A stretch of DNA of 64,000 nucleotides from an uncultured Bacteroidaceae bacterium (GCA_963767555.1 CAVYEL010000006.1:209178-273177); one strand, 5' to 3'; counted from the first letter of the stretch, positions 21,668 through 32,730 are shown. The notes: a model not told the origin generated them from the sequence alone. Translations and numbers: made by a program.

Positions 21668-23719
21668 TTACTTTTTCTGGTAGTATTTGTACAGTTCCAT
21701 CTGGGACTGAACCCTACGGACCGTCTGCGGTTTCCTGTACTGGTTGTCCTGTTCTTCATTGATGATCCTGGCCTTGACATTATCCTTCATCTGGATCTCC
21801 AGGATATCACGGATTTCATCTTGTATCTCTTTGTCATAAATGGGACATGCCACTTCAATACGATGATCGAGATTCCTTGTCATCCAGTCTGCCGAGGAGA
21901 TATAATACTTCTCATCATTATCATTGCAGAAAACGAATATCCTTGCATGTTCGAGAAATTTGTCAACAATGCTGATCACTTCAATGTTTTCGCTTAGTCC
22001 GGGTACACCGGGAATAAGAGAGCATATTCCACGGATAATGGCCTTGATTTTTACTCCGGCTGCATTGGCCTGGTAAAGCTTCTTAATCATATCTCTGTCA
22101 ACCAGGCTGTTGGACTTAATAATGATGTAAGCATTCTTCCCTTCCCTGGCATTTCTGATCTCGGTATCGATCATCATAGAGAGCCGGTTGCGCATATACA
22201 GGGGGGAAACCAGTAAATGTTTGTATTTGAAGGTACGGTAGGTGGCATCGAAGAAGGTAAAGATCTTATCAACTTCCTCGGCAATCCGGGGATCCTTTGT
22301 CATTAACATCAGGTCTCCATAAATAACGGCTGTACCTTCATGTGGGTTACCGGTACCGACAGTTGCATACCGAACCAGTTTCCGGCCTTCCTTCCGGACG
22401 ATCAGTGTAAGCTTGGAATGCACTTTGAGTCCGGGTAAACCAAACAAAACCCTGGCACCGGCTTCTTCCAGTTTCCTGGCCCAGTGGATATTGGATTTCT
22501 CATCAAAGCGGGCCTGCAGTTCGATGATGACGGTCACCTTCTTCCCGTTCATGGCAGCGGCAATGAGTGCATTGATCACCCTTGAGTTTTTGGCCACCCT
22601 GTACAGGGTAATACTTACAGACCTGACCTCGGGATCAATGGATGCTTCCCTCAGGAGGTTGATATAATGGTCAAATCGCTGAAAGGGAAAATGAAGCAGG
22701 ACATCTTTTTTATTCAATACCTCCAGTATGCTTTCATGTGGCTGTATCAGGGGATGGGAAACAGATGGTGTGGGTGTATAGACCATCCTTTTTCCCCCAA
22801 GGTTGGGGAATTTCATGTAATCCTTGAAATTATGGTACCTGCCCCCGGGGATAAGGTTATCCTCTTCATCTAGTTTCAGGTGGTCTTTAAGGTATTCAAA
22901 CAGGTCCTTCGGCATGGAATCATCATAGAGGAATCTGACAGGCTGTCCTTTCATTCGGTCGGAAACACTTGCATCAATGATCTCCAGGAAACTTTTCGAC
23001 AGGTCATTATCAATGTCCAGCTCGGCATCACGGGTCAGTTTAATGGTATATGCCTCGAACTGGTCATACTGGAAAATGCCGAAAATATCATCCAGGCAGA
23101 ACCGGATTACATCGTCAAGCAGAATGACAAACTGGTTCCTCCCTGCAGGAGGCAGCACTACGAAACGGCCGATCTCATCGCTGGGGATCTCGATCAGGGC
23201 ATATTCAGGCTCAATTAGAGATTCACTGCTGGTAAGTTTGATCGCCAGGTAAATGGATTTATCTGTAAGCCTGGGGAATTTCTTGATATTGTGCAGCATG
23301 ACCGGCGTAATGACAGAGAGGACCTTGTCATGGAAATATGTTCTGACATACTCAGATTGCACATCGTTCAATTCATCCTCCCTGATGATGAAGACATGCT
23401 GTTTTGCGAGGTCACTGATCAGGGTCTGGTAGGTATCTTCAAATTTTTTTGAAAGCAGGATCACTTTTTTCTGGATCTCATTCAGGATCTTCTTGGGTTT
23501 ATCCTTGTTTTTAGTACCGGTGGTTTCTTCCACGTCGATCATGCGCTTGATGGTAGCGACCCGGACCTTAAAAAATTCATCCTGGTTATTCGAAAAGATG
23601 CCCAGAAAACGGAGGCGTTCCACCAGTGGAACATTAGGATCTATAGCTTCCTGGAGGACCCTCTCATTGAATGCAAGCCAGCTGATCTCTCGATTAATTA
23701 TTTTTTTCTTCACTGCCAT
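21668..23719 (-). CDS. ppk1: polyphosphate kinase 1
   Basis: Intact 683 aa with INREISWLAFNERVLQEA at the N-terminus, the LKVHSKL phospho-His context, and two PLD-like C-terminal domains (FLEHARIFVF). Confidence 0.95.
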   Translation of the reverse strand: MAVKKKIINREISWLAFNERVLQEAIDPNVPLVERLRFLGIFSNNQDEFFKVRVATIKRMIDVEETTGTKNKDKPKKILNEIQKKVILLSKKFEDTYQTLISDLAKQHVFIIREDELNDVQSEYVRTYFHDKVLSVITPVMLHNIKKFPRLTDKSIYLAIKLTSSESLIEPEYALIEIPSDEIGRFVVLPPAGRNQFVILLDDVIRFCLDDIFGIFQYDQFEAYTIKLTRDAELDIDNDLSKSFLEIIDASVSDRMKGQPVRFLYDDSMPKDLFEYLKDHLKLDEEDNLIPGGRYHNFKDYMKFPNLGGKRMVYTPTPSVSHPLIQPHESILEVLNKKDVLLHFPFQRFDHYINLLREASIDPEVRSVSITLYRVAKNSRVINALIAAAMNGKKVTVIIELQARFDEKSNIHWARKLEEAGARVLFGLPGLKVHSKLTLIVRKEGRKLVRYATVGTGNPHEGTAVIYGDLMLMTKDPRIAEEVDKIFTFFDATYRTFKYKHLLVSPLYMRNRLSMMIDTEIRNAREGKNAYIIIKSNSLVDRDMIKKLYQANAAGVKIKAIIRGICSLIPGVPGLSENIEVISIVDKFLEHARIFVFCNDNDEKYYISSADWMTRNLDHRIEVACPIYDKEIQDEIRDILEIQMKDNVKARIINEEQDNQYRKPQTVRRVQSQMELYKYYQKK

Positions 23720-23791
23720 AGAATGCCTGAAATGATAGGATTAAAGGGGGTTTTTGAGATACAAATGTAGCAAAAACCTGTGAGTCTTTTG

Positions 23792-24289
23792 TTACAGATA
23801 CCGTTTGGGGTAATCAAAAAAATCTTTCTCTGGTTTTACCTTGCCGATTTCTTCCCAACTATCTATCTCGTAACTTAAACTGACAACTCCAGCCGTGGGG
23901 ATATTGTCGAGATAATGATCCATCAGATGGTTTGCAAGGGAGGTGAAAGCGGGGTTATGTCCGAAGATAAGAATGTGGGAAAGAGAGTTGTTCTGACTGC
24001 GTATCAGGTCTATCAGATCCTCATTGTAACCCATATAAATATTGTCCTCTATGATGATCTTTTCATAGGGGAATTTCAGAATGCGTGCAAAGATAATGGA
24101 TGTGTACAGGGCTCTGTTGGCCGGACTTGTAAGGAAAAGGTCAGGGACCACCTTCCGCTCGGATAATTTCTTTGCCATCAGATAGGCATTGTTTATGCCC
24201 CGTGGACTAAGCGGGCGGTCGATATCGGAAATGTCTTCGAAATCCCAGCTGGATTTTCCATGCCGGATAATATGAAGGGATTTTGTCAT
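23792..24289 (-). CDS. histidine phosphatase family protein (SixA-like)
   Basis: Intact 165 aa with the LHIIRHGKS RHG motif and FGHNP motif. Confidence 0.7.
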   Translation of the reverse strand: MTKSLHIIRHGKSSWDFEDISDIDRPLSPRGINNAYLMAKKLSERKVVPDLFLTSPANRALYTSIIFARILKFPYEKIIIEDNIYMGYNEDLIDLIRSQNNSLSHILIFGHNPAFTSLANHLMDHYLDNIPTAGVVSLSYEIDSWEEIGKVKPEKDFFDYPKRYL

Positions 24290-24339
24290 GATTATTGATT
24301 TTCACCAAATTTAATGAAAATCAAGATTGAATGCGAGGA

Positions 24340-25672
24340 TTAAAGAAGGTTACTTGCCAGTTCTGCCAGGAAGGACCGTTCTCCCTTCACCAGGTTAACA
24401 TGCGCAAATATTTCCTGTCCCCTCATTTTATCAGACAGGTAGGAGAGTCCATTGGAATGTGAATCAAGGTAAGGAGAATCAATCTGCTCAATATCCCCGG
24501 TAAAGATCATCTTGGTTCCCTCACCTGCCCTGGTGATGATGGTTTTAACCTCGTGAGGGGTCAGGTTCTGAGCTTCATCTACAATAAAGAAAACGCGTGA
24601 AAGGCTCCTGCCCCGAATATAAGCCAGGGGTGTGATCACCAGCTTTTCACTCTTGAGCATCTCATCGATCTTTGTGAATTCAGGACTCTGCTGGCTGAAT
24701 TTATGCTTGATGACGGCCAGATTGTCCATCAATGGCTGCATGTAAGGTTCGATCTTTTCTTTGACATCCCCGGGAAGGAATCCCATATCCCGATTGGCCA
24801 GGGGAACGATGGGCCTGGCCAGGAAGATCTGAGTGAACAGTTTGCGCTGGTAAAGTGCCGCAGCCAGGGCCAGGAGAGTTTTCCCGGTTCCTGCCTTACC
24901 GGTAAGTGAAACCAGCTGGACCTCAGGCCTCATCAATGCATCCAGGGCAAATGCCTGTTCTGCATTCCTGGGATCTATACCATAGGCCTTCTGCTTCTCT
25001 ACCCGGTCCATCACCTCATTGAATGGATCATAATGAGCGAGGGCACTGGATTTGCCATTTTTCAGGATATAATACTGATGCGCTGTAGGTTTTATCTCAA
25101 AGTTAAAATCCTGTACCGGTACCCCATCGTATTCCTCGTACAACCTTGATATCAGCTTGGTACCCATCCCCTCAACCGTGGATATCCCCTTGTAAAGTTC
25201 ATCGATATTAGCGATCTTGTCATTCTTGTAATCCTGGGCAGGGATACCTATGGCCTTTGCTTTCATCCTCAGGTTGATATCCTTTGAGATCAGTACCACA
25301 TTTTTGTTCTGGTTCTTGATATGCAGATGTTCGGCAATGGCCAGGATCCGATGGTCGGGTGTATTCTCCGGGAAAGACTTTATCATCTGCTCGGAGTAGG
25401 GTTTGCCTGTTTCAATGGAAAGCAGTCCCATATCGTCTCCGAGAGAGATCCCTCCGTTGAACAGGTCGTCTCCGGATAAGCTTATCTAGCTCACGGGTAA
25501 ATTCCCGGGCATGAAAATTAATAAGGTCATTTCCCCGCTTAAATTTGTCCAGTTCTTCCAGTACAACAATGGGAATGACGATATCATTCTCTTCAAAATT
25601 ATAGATACATTTGTAATCATGCAACAGTACATTAGTATCTACCACAAATATCTTCTTGGCTTTTTTGGGCAT
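24340..25672 (-). CDS. PhoH-like ATPase with N-terminal PIN domain (YlaK-like), one apparent frameshift near 25440-25480
   Basis: PIN-like N-terminus [12 protein letters not shown] in ORF 25412-25672. Walker [20 protein letters not shown] and GDIEQID are in ORF 24340-25431. Confidence 0.85.
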
Positions 25673-25766
25673 GCGAGGATTATTATCGTAATATCGGTTT
25701 AAAATTAGTAAATATATGTTTTATAAAGTGTTGGAAAGCTGTTCATAACCTGTTAAACCCGTGAAA

Positions 25767-26291
25767 ATGAAGGAATCTATGAATCCTGTAATTGACGCAA
25801 TACTAAAGAGAAGGAGTATCAGGAAATACAGTGGAAAAACTGTTAATAAGTCCGATATTCATCTCCTGTTGAAAGCCGGGATGTATGCCCCTTCCGCCAG
25901 AAATGAGCAACCATGGCATTTCGTTGTCATTGATGACCGTGGACTTCTCAACCGGATCCGTGAGGTCCATCCTTATGCTTCCATGCTTTCAGATGCGGCA
26001 TTGGCCATCCTGGTATGCGGGGATGAAAACCTGGAACTCAGCAAAGGTTACTGGCCTGTGGATTGTTCCGCGGCCACGCAAAATATCCTGCTGGCGGCGC
26101 ATGCAATTGGACTGGGAGCAGTTTGGCTGGGTGTTTATCCAAGGCAGGAGAGGCAATCTGCTATCAACGAGATCTTTAAGCTGCCATCACATGTCCATCC
26201 ATTCTCACTTATATCCATCGGTCATCCGGCTGAAGAAAAAGCTGTCCCGGACCGATTCAGGGAAGACCGGATCCGTTGGAATGAATGGTAA
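25767..26291 (+). CDS. nitroreductase family protein
   Basis: ILKRRSIRKY...APSARNEQPWHFVVI...GLGAVWLG motifs. ATG 25767 is preferred over GTG 25761. Confidence 0.8.
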   Translation: MKESMNPVIDAILKRRSIRKYSGKTVNKSDIHLLLKAGMYAPSARNEQPWHFVVIDDRGLLNRIREVHPYASMLSDAALAILVCGDENLELSKGYWPVDCSAATQNILLAAHAIGLGAVWLGVYPRQERQSAINEIFKLPSHVHPFSLISIGHPAEEKAVPDRFREDRIRWNEW

Positions 26292-27601
26292 AGAATTGGA
26301 TTACCAGGATGCCATAGCATTTTTGTTTGACCGACTGCCCATGTACCAGCGGGTAGGAAAGTCTGCCTATAAATCAAACCTGGATACCACACTGGCATTG
26401 GATGAGTATTTTGGTCATCCACACAGGACATTCAGGAGCATTCACATTGCCGGTACCAATGGAAAGGGATCTGTTGCCCATATGATTTCTTCCATACTGC
26501 AGTGTGCCGGATACCGGGTCGGCTTATATACCTCGCCACACCTGACAGATTTTCGTGAGAGGATACGGATAGATGGGAAGATGATACCGGAAGTGAGGGT
26601 TACGGAATTTGTAGAGCAACACAGGGAGATACTGGAGAAACTACACCCCTCCTTCTTTGAGATGACGGTAGCCATGGCTTTTGAATATTTTTCCAGGGAA
26701 GCGGTAGATCTTGCGGTTGTGGAAACAGGGATGGGAGGTCGTCTGGATTCTACCAATATCATCCGGCCGATTGTGTCTGTGATCACCAATATCGGATTTG
26801 ACCACAACCAGTTCCTGGGTGATACCATTTATAAAATTGCTGTGGAAAAGGCGGGCATCATAAAAAGTGGCATCCCTGTTGTAATCGGAGAAACACAGGA
26901 GGAAGCCCGGCTTGTATTTTCCAGAATGGCCAGGGAGAAAGGATGTACCATAACCTATGCTGATCAGGAGATCAGGGTTGACTACTCTACCCAGAGCCTG
27001 CAGGGCAAACAGATCATGCACTTATCCCGGACTGAAGGGCATATAATGGAATCGCTTGAGACCGACCTGAAGGGACTATACCAGCAAAAGAATGTTATCA
27101 CTGTACTGGCGGTTATGGAGCTGCCTAACGACAATTGGTATAAGCATACAGGAAAAGGATGTAAGGAAGGGACTTGCCCATACACTGGATATGACCGGAC
27201 TGAAGGGCCGTTGGGAGATCATTGGTAACAATCCCCTGATAATATGTGACACCGGCCATAATAGAGAGGGTGTAATGGAAGTGATGAAACAGATCCGCCA
27301 GATTCCCTGGAAAAAGATGCATTTTGTACTGGGACTGGTGGATGATAAGGATCCAGGCAAAATCCTTGAGCAATTACCGGTCGAAGCTTATTATTATTTT
27401 ACCCAATCCAGCGTTCCCAGGGCCATGGACAGAGAGAAACTGGCAGCTGAAGGTTTGCGTTTCGGCCTCTATGGACAGATTTGCCCAACTCCTCAAAAAG
27501 CTCTTAAGATTGCCCTTTCCAAAGCAGATCCGAGAGACCTGATCTTTGTAGGTGGCAGTACCTTCGTTGTGGCAGAGGTGTTGGAAAAACCGTATCTTTG
27601 A
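26281..27601 (+). CDS. folC: bifunctional folylpolyglutamate synthase/dihydrofolate synthase, one apparent frameshift near 27100-27230
   Basis: ATG 26281 gives MNGKELDYQDAIAFLFDRLPMYQRVG. Contains HIAGTNGKGS (P-loop) and ETGMGGRLDSTN. The C-terminus continues in ORF 27092-27601. The long upstream extension of ORF 25885-27228 overlaps the nitroreductase and is not coding. Confidence 0.85.
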
Positions 27602-27654
27602 AGGATAAACAGGAATAATTGCGAAACTACTGCCATATTCAAAGGGGAATTCTA

Positions 27655-29603
27655 ATGATTTGCCTGTTGGGAGTTTTTGCTCAACCGGGCCTGTTATTTG
27701 CTTCCGATACCCTCTACCTTGACAGGAATTTTGAGCAGGCTCAGGCCACGGACCATGCCTGGATATATGAGGACAGGAAGCATGATGAGGAACTCCAGGC
27801 TGTCCTGAACAGAACTTTCAAGGAGCATTCCATGCCCTACCTGAATTTTGGTTTCTCCACGTCGGCATACTGGTTGAAGATCGTGATGAAAAATGTGGAT
27901 GATCTCCCCTGGAGATCTACTACCAGTACCAGAACCATTACCTGGATTTTGTAGATATTTATCTGGTGGACCAGAATGATTCTCTACTTACCAAAGGATC
28001 CTTTGGTGCCAAGAGGTTACAACCTTCCTACAAAAGTTTAAAGATGAATCCCGTGTATGATCTTGACATTCCGCCAGGAGGGATCATCTCAATATATCTC
28101 AGGATACAGTCAGACACCCCGCTTCGCATTCCGGTTGTATTCAATTCCGCAGATTCCATGGTGAAAAGGGAAAGAAAGAGGCATGTTTTCCTTGGTTTTT
28201 TCTACGGTATAGCAGGTTTCAGCCTCCTGCTGGTTTTAAGTATCATTTTAATCACACGTGACAGGATGTATGCATATTTTCTGCTGGCATTATTCTGGCT
28301 TATCCTGTACATGATCGCTTTTGATAATCTTTTACCCCGGTGGGTAATCGCTGGCAGACCCGCTTTTATATTGCATGTTACTACAGCCTGCGCTATGCTT
28401 GTTGGATTATTCTATGTTTTATTTGCCCAGCGATTTTTCTCCCAGGAGAAAGCACCATCCTGGGTAAAATCCATATTCAGCATCCTTAAAATACTTTCCA
28501 TCATTTTTTTCGCCTGGTATCTGATCGATTACTACTCAGGAAACAAGATTACGTATTTCTTTTTGCCGCTGCTGATGCTATGCTTGCTTGTAATTTCGAT
28601 GATCTACTGGTTGTCCGGGTCAAGGCTCGCCCGATTCTTTTTCTGGGCCTTTTTCATTCCCCTTGTTGGGGTCGTACTTCAGGCACTGGCCAATTCAGGT
28701 GTGATTTATTCAAATGTACTTGTCATCTACTCTATGAAAGCGAGTTACATGCTCCAGAATATAGTATTTATCATTGCCATCGCGGACAGGTACCTGCTGA
28801 TGCAGCAAAATTTTACAGGGATCCTCCAGGAGAAAGTTGTGGAACGGACCCTGAAACTGGAAGAAACCCTCGAAACTTTAAAATCAACCCAGCAACAGCT
28901 TGTTCAATCAGAGAAGATGGCATCCCTGGGCACACTTACGGCTGGCATAGCCCATGAAATAAATAATCCACTAAATGCCATTAAGGGTGGCCTGTATATG
29001 CTGGAGAATCCTGCTGATGAAGAGTCCAAAGAATCAGCCAGATACATGATCTGGGAAGGTTTTGAAAAGATACGCAAGATCATTAAGGCCCTGATGACCT
29101 TTTCCAAAAGTGATACGGAAAAACCGGTCAAAAGCGATCTGCATGAGATCATTGATAATACATTATTAATTATCAGGTCCAGGTTTGGTGAGAACATAAG
29201 GATTGTTCCGGAGTACCGGTTAAAACGTACCATACCCGTGTTCCCGGATAAACTACACCAGGTTTTACTGAATATTTTTGATAACGCCATTTATGCCATT
29301 CAGCAAAAGGAAGAACAGAAGGATGAATTTGTCAGGATCAGTACCTGGGAAGTGAAAGCAAGAACCATAGCAGAAACACGGGCCGTCATTGAGATTTACA
29401 ACTCGGGTCCTGGTATCCCTGATCAGGATATCTCGAACATTTTCGATCCATTTTTTACTACAAAGGATCCAGGTGAGGGGACTGGATTGGGATTGTCAAT
29501 TTCATATTCGCTTATCAAGGATCACAAAGGGGAAATCGAGGTTCATAATGTTCCCGACGGGGTTTGTTTTGTTATTTCGCTTCCTGTCTCAGTTTCAAAG
29601 TGA
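27655..29603 (+). CDS. 7TMR-DISM-type sensor histidine kinase, one apparent frameshift near 27905
   Basis: N-terminal extracellular domain, then a block of about 7 TM helices. H-box GIAHEINNPL, N-box LNIFDNAIYA and G-box GTGLGLSISY are present. A C4 run at ~27905 restores DDLPLEIYYQYQNHYLDF if read as C5. Confidence 0.8.
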
Positions 29604-29612
29604 TCTCATCTC

Positions 29613-29757
29613 ATGATTACAGATCAACCCTCTATTTTTATATTTGGTATCAGGCTTGATGAGCCGGTAACAACCCTTAACGATCTACTGGTTTCAGCGG
29701 TATGCCTCTATGCTTATTTCCGGCTTACCAGGATCCCGGAAGCCGGCTATTCATAAT
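29613..29757 (+). pseudogene. 5' part of a small membrane-protein gene split by the IS insertion; the remainder probably lies at ~31628-31708
   Basis: ATG 29613 gives MITDQPSIFIFGIRLDEPVTTLNDLLVSAVCLYAYFRL. The downstream frame encoded in the direct repeat reads LFIIAVAFSAVGALVF (TM-like). Family not recognised. Confidence 0.3.
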
Positions 29758-29856
29758 CGCTGTAGCGTTTTCCGCTGTGGGTGCACTTGTGTTCATGAAT
29801 CAATGGAGCATTACATATGTGGCGTAATGGCCATGGATTTCAGTTATATACTCCTT
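29737..29856. repeat. left copy of the ~120-bp imperfect direct repeat abutting the IS (putative long target-site duplication)
   Basis: Hand alignment to 31510-31627 gives about 106/120 identical with 2 single-nt gaps. Ends exactly at the left terminal inverted repeat. Confidence 0.75.
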
Positions 29857-31427
29857 CCTGTTTTCGTCATTGGGAAACCCTGGCTGGATTGACACAGTAT
29901 TTTTCCCACCATCTCCTGCTCCTCAGTCCACTCAAATGGGATGACTTCCCATTGATCGGTCTCCGGGATTTTGATTTTGATGGTATACATGGTCTTGATG
30001 AGTTCAGCCACCCTAGCAGGGCTTAAGGATATCTTCTTCTCAGCTAACCTTCTCTCCACTTCCTTATAAATGGTGTATGCAACAAAGGCAATACATATAT
30101 GGGATTCAATCCTTTTTTCATTTCTATGATAAATGGCACTGATTTTGAGATCTGTCTTCGAAATTCGAAAAGCCCTTTCGATATGCCACAGCTGATTATA
30201 ATCCCGAATAACGTTTTTGGCTGAATATCATTGAATTACTCACGTACCCTTTATGACCATGACATTCATCGTCACCTTCGAATTTCTCGTAGTTAATGTG
30301 GAGGTTCATATCCACCTACGGTTGCTGATAATTGTTGTACCCTCGGTTGTTAATATGGCTCTTGGTAAGCTTTCCCTTGTTCAGATTTTTCTCCAGTCGC
30401 TTAAGACCGCGTTCCCGGTTCCTCCTGTCTCTTTTAGCACGCTTTGCACTGTAACTAACAATCAAACGTAAACCATCTGTCTTTTTGATAACTGAAAAGT
30501 CTCCATCAGCTAATGATAGGGCCAGTATCTGTTCCTTTATCTCATCGCTCTCTTTTTTAATCTGCCACCAAGAATAAATTCGTATTGCTGGGATGTAAGG
30601 TCTTTGATATTCGGAGCAGATAATAATCCCGCATCCGCTATTACAATAGGCTTGGATAGGTCAAATCGCTGTTGAAAATGTTCCAATACCGGAATAAGAG
30701 TGTGTCCTTCGTATTTGTTCCCTTCAAACAGCTCATAACCGAGGGGATAACCATTGGGACCAACCAACAAACCTAGAAGAATCTGGGGATTATGAGGCTT
30801 GCCATCTTTTGAATATCCGGGAATCCGAAGATCATCCTCGTCTTCAGCCTCAAAATACAGCGTGGTCATATCATAGAATACTACCGAGATCTTCCCTCCT
30901 AATACTGATTTGGTATAATCAAAGGCTATCTGCTCCACCTGATCCTTTAAACTCCTGTGAAGCGTATCCATGAACCGGTACACCTTGCTTATATCAATAG
31001 AGATGCCCTTGTAGCGTTCTAGATAATCCACTGTCTTAAGCTTACTGCCCGGGGCTATTATGCGTGTGATCACCAAATGCCGAAACAGTGCTTCTCTTAT
31101 CTCACCAAAACCAATGTCATCAAAGATCGACCCAAATACCCTCTCTGGCCCATCAACCTGAACCTGGCTGGTCTTTACCCGCTTTAAGTTGCTGACAAAC
31201 TCTTTGGTGCTATCACTCCAGAATTCAATACTGGTCTGCCCAATCAGGGTTGGTATGATGGTATAGGCTTTTTTGCGCAGGTAGGCGATCTCTTCCGGAT
31301 CGGAAGAGGAACCGACAGTCTGGGCAACACGATAGCTTCCACTACTCTTATCAATGATCTGCACGCTTATCGTCCCGCTCTTGTTCTTTTTTTCTCGGAC
31401 AAACACCCTTACAAGATAACGGGACAC
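29844..31427 (-). pseudogene. IS1634-family DDE transposase, with 2 frameshifts and one in-frame TAG
   Basis: N-terminus MSRYLVRVFVREKKNKSGTISVQIIDKSSGSY. DDE contexts VVFYDMTTLYFEAE, IVIADAGLLS and YNQLWHIERAFRISKTDLKI. Breaks at the T6 run 30553-30558 and near 30215-30225. TAG at 30316-30318 lies inside YNNYQQP*VDMNLHINYEKF. Confidence 0.8.
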
Positions 31428-31509
31428 CCGAAAATATCAAAATCTAAGACCTATTACACTGATTATCTATGCTTTAAAAAATCACTCCGAAAGGAGTGAC
31501 GAAAACAGG
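29857..31509 (-). mobile_element. IS1634-family (IS4 superfamily) insertion sequence, 1653 bp, degraded
   Basis: Perfect 13-bp terminal inverted repeats: CCTGTTTTCGTCA (29857-29869) and TGACGAAAACAGG (31497-31509). A single transposase reading frame fills the element. The flanking direct repeats abut both ends. Confidence 0.8.
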
Positions 31510-31627
31510 CGGAAGCAGGCTGTTCATAATCGCTGTAGCGTTTTCCGCCGTGGGTGCACTGGTGTTCATGAATCAATGGAGCATACATATGTGGCTTAAT
31601 TGTCTTGATCTCAGCCACATACTCCTT
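31510..31627. repeat. right copy of the ~120-bp imperfect direct repeat abutting the IS
   Basis: Starts immediately after the right terminal inverted repeat. Aligns with 29737-29856. Confidence 0.75.
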
Positions 31628-31800
31628 GCCATTTCTGCCATATTCTTCTATAAAGGTGCTAGGGTCATCATCCTGAGTACCAGACAGAAAACTCCAGACC
31701 ATCTATAAAGGTTTACAAATGGAAACTTTTTGCCGGAGTTTAACTTTAATTCTATATTTGATATGACATTTTATCTTATTAATCTCCTGAACCTGATACA

Positions 31801-32583
31801 ATGAAATACTTAAGTTTTCTTCTTTTACTTTTGATGGCAGGCTGTAAACCTCCAGTACCACAGCAAGAACAAGAGAAATGGATACAATTATTTAATGGCA
31901 GCGACATAGATGATTGGGATATCAAGTTTGCCAAACACCCGCTTAATGAAAATTATCGGAACACCTTTCGTGTAGAAGATGGGATGCTCACAGTGAACTA
32001 TGATGAGTGGGACAGCATAGATGGCGAGTTCGGGCATATCTTTTACAGGCAGCCATTTTCGTATTACAGACTGAGTGTTGAATACCGGATCATCGGGGAG
32101 CAGGTCCCCGGAGGAGCTGGATGGGCTTTCAAGAACAGCGGTGTCATGTTCCATTCCCAATCGGCAGAAAGTATGCTTATTGAACAGCCATTCCCCATCA
32201 GCATAGAAGGTCAGTTCCTTGGGGGAGGAGAAGAAGGGGACCGCCCCACGGCCAATCTCTGTACACCCGGAACCAATGTTGTAATGGATGGGAAACTGAT
32301 CACACAGCATTGCATCAATTCATCCTCCGAAACATTCAGGGGAGAAGAATGGGTCAATGTTGAATTCATCGTGCTTGGAGACAGCATTGTCCATCACCTG
32401 GTCAATGGTGACACTGTCCTGACCTACATGCAACCACAGATCGGCGGAGGTGGTTTACCCGAAGGTTTCCCCCTGCTGGACGGAACGCTGCTCTCATCTG
32501 GATATATTGCTTTACAGGCTGAAAGCCATCCATTCCAGTTCCGCAAAGTTGAGTTGCTCGACCTGAGTAAGGAATACGAGTAA
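31801..32583 (+). CDS. DUF1080 (3-keto-disaccharide hydrolase-like) lipoprotein
   Basis: Intact 260 aa with lipobox LLMAGC. WIQLFNGSDIDDWDIKF...FRVEDGMLT...GYIALQAESHPFQFRKVELLDL is typical of DUF1080. Confidence 0.8.
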   Translation: MKYLSFLLLLLMAGCKPPVPQQEQEKWIQLFNGSDIDDWDIKFAKHPLNENYRNTFRVEDGMLTVNYDEWDSIDGEFGHIFYRQPFSYYRLSVEYRIIGEQVPGGAGWAFKNSGVMFHSQSAESMLIEQPFPISIEGQFLGGGEEGDRPTANLCTPGTNVVMDGKLITQHCINSSSETFRGEEWVNVEFIVLGDSIVHHLVNGDTVLTYMQPQIGGGGLPEGFPLLDGTLLSSGYIALQAESHPFQFRKVELLDLSKEYE

Positions 32584-32666
32584 AAGGACTGGGAAGCTAT
32601 CTTAATTAGCTCCAGGACAGACAGTCATAAGGGTTAATTAGGGGACTGAAAAAATACAGGATTTCC

Positions 32667-32697
32667 TTTGTAATAATCATTTAGTCATGTATATTTG
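32667..32697 (+). promoter_or_regulatory. Bacteroidota-type promoter for tRNA-Val (TTTG -33 box and TAnnTTTG -7 box)
   Basis: TTTG at 32667-32670 and TATATTTG at 32690-32697 with a 19-nt spacer, about 34 nt upstream of the tRNA 5' end. Confidence 0.5.
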
Positions 32698-32730
32698 CAC
32701 CCGCAAAAGGAAAATTCCCTGGCGCATAAC

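Noticed and set aside
25885-26280. Long N-terminal extension of the folC reading frame (447-aa ORF starting at 25885)
   Set aside because: It overlaps the nitroreductase gene out of frame. Recognisable FolC sequence begins at ATG 26281 (MNGKELDYQDAIAFLF).
31463-31702. 79-aa minus-strand ORF next to the IS, possibly a remnant of a second transposase
   Set aside because: It has no transposase motifs. It spans the right direct repeat and reads across the IS terminal repeat. The similarity to the left flank is explained by the direct repeat itself.
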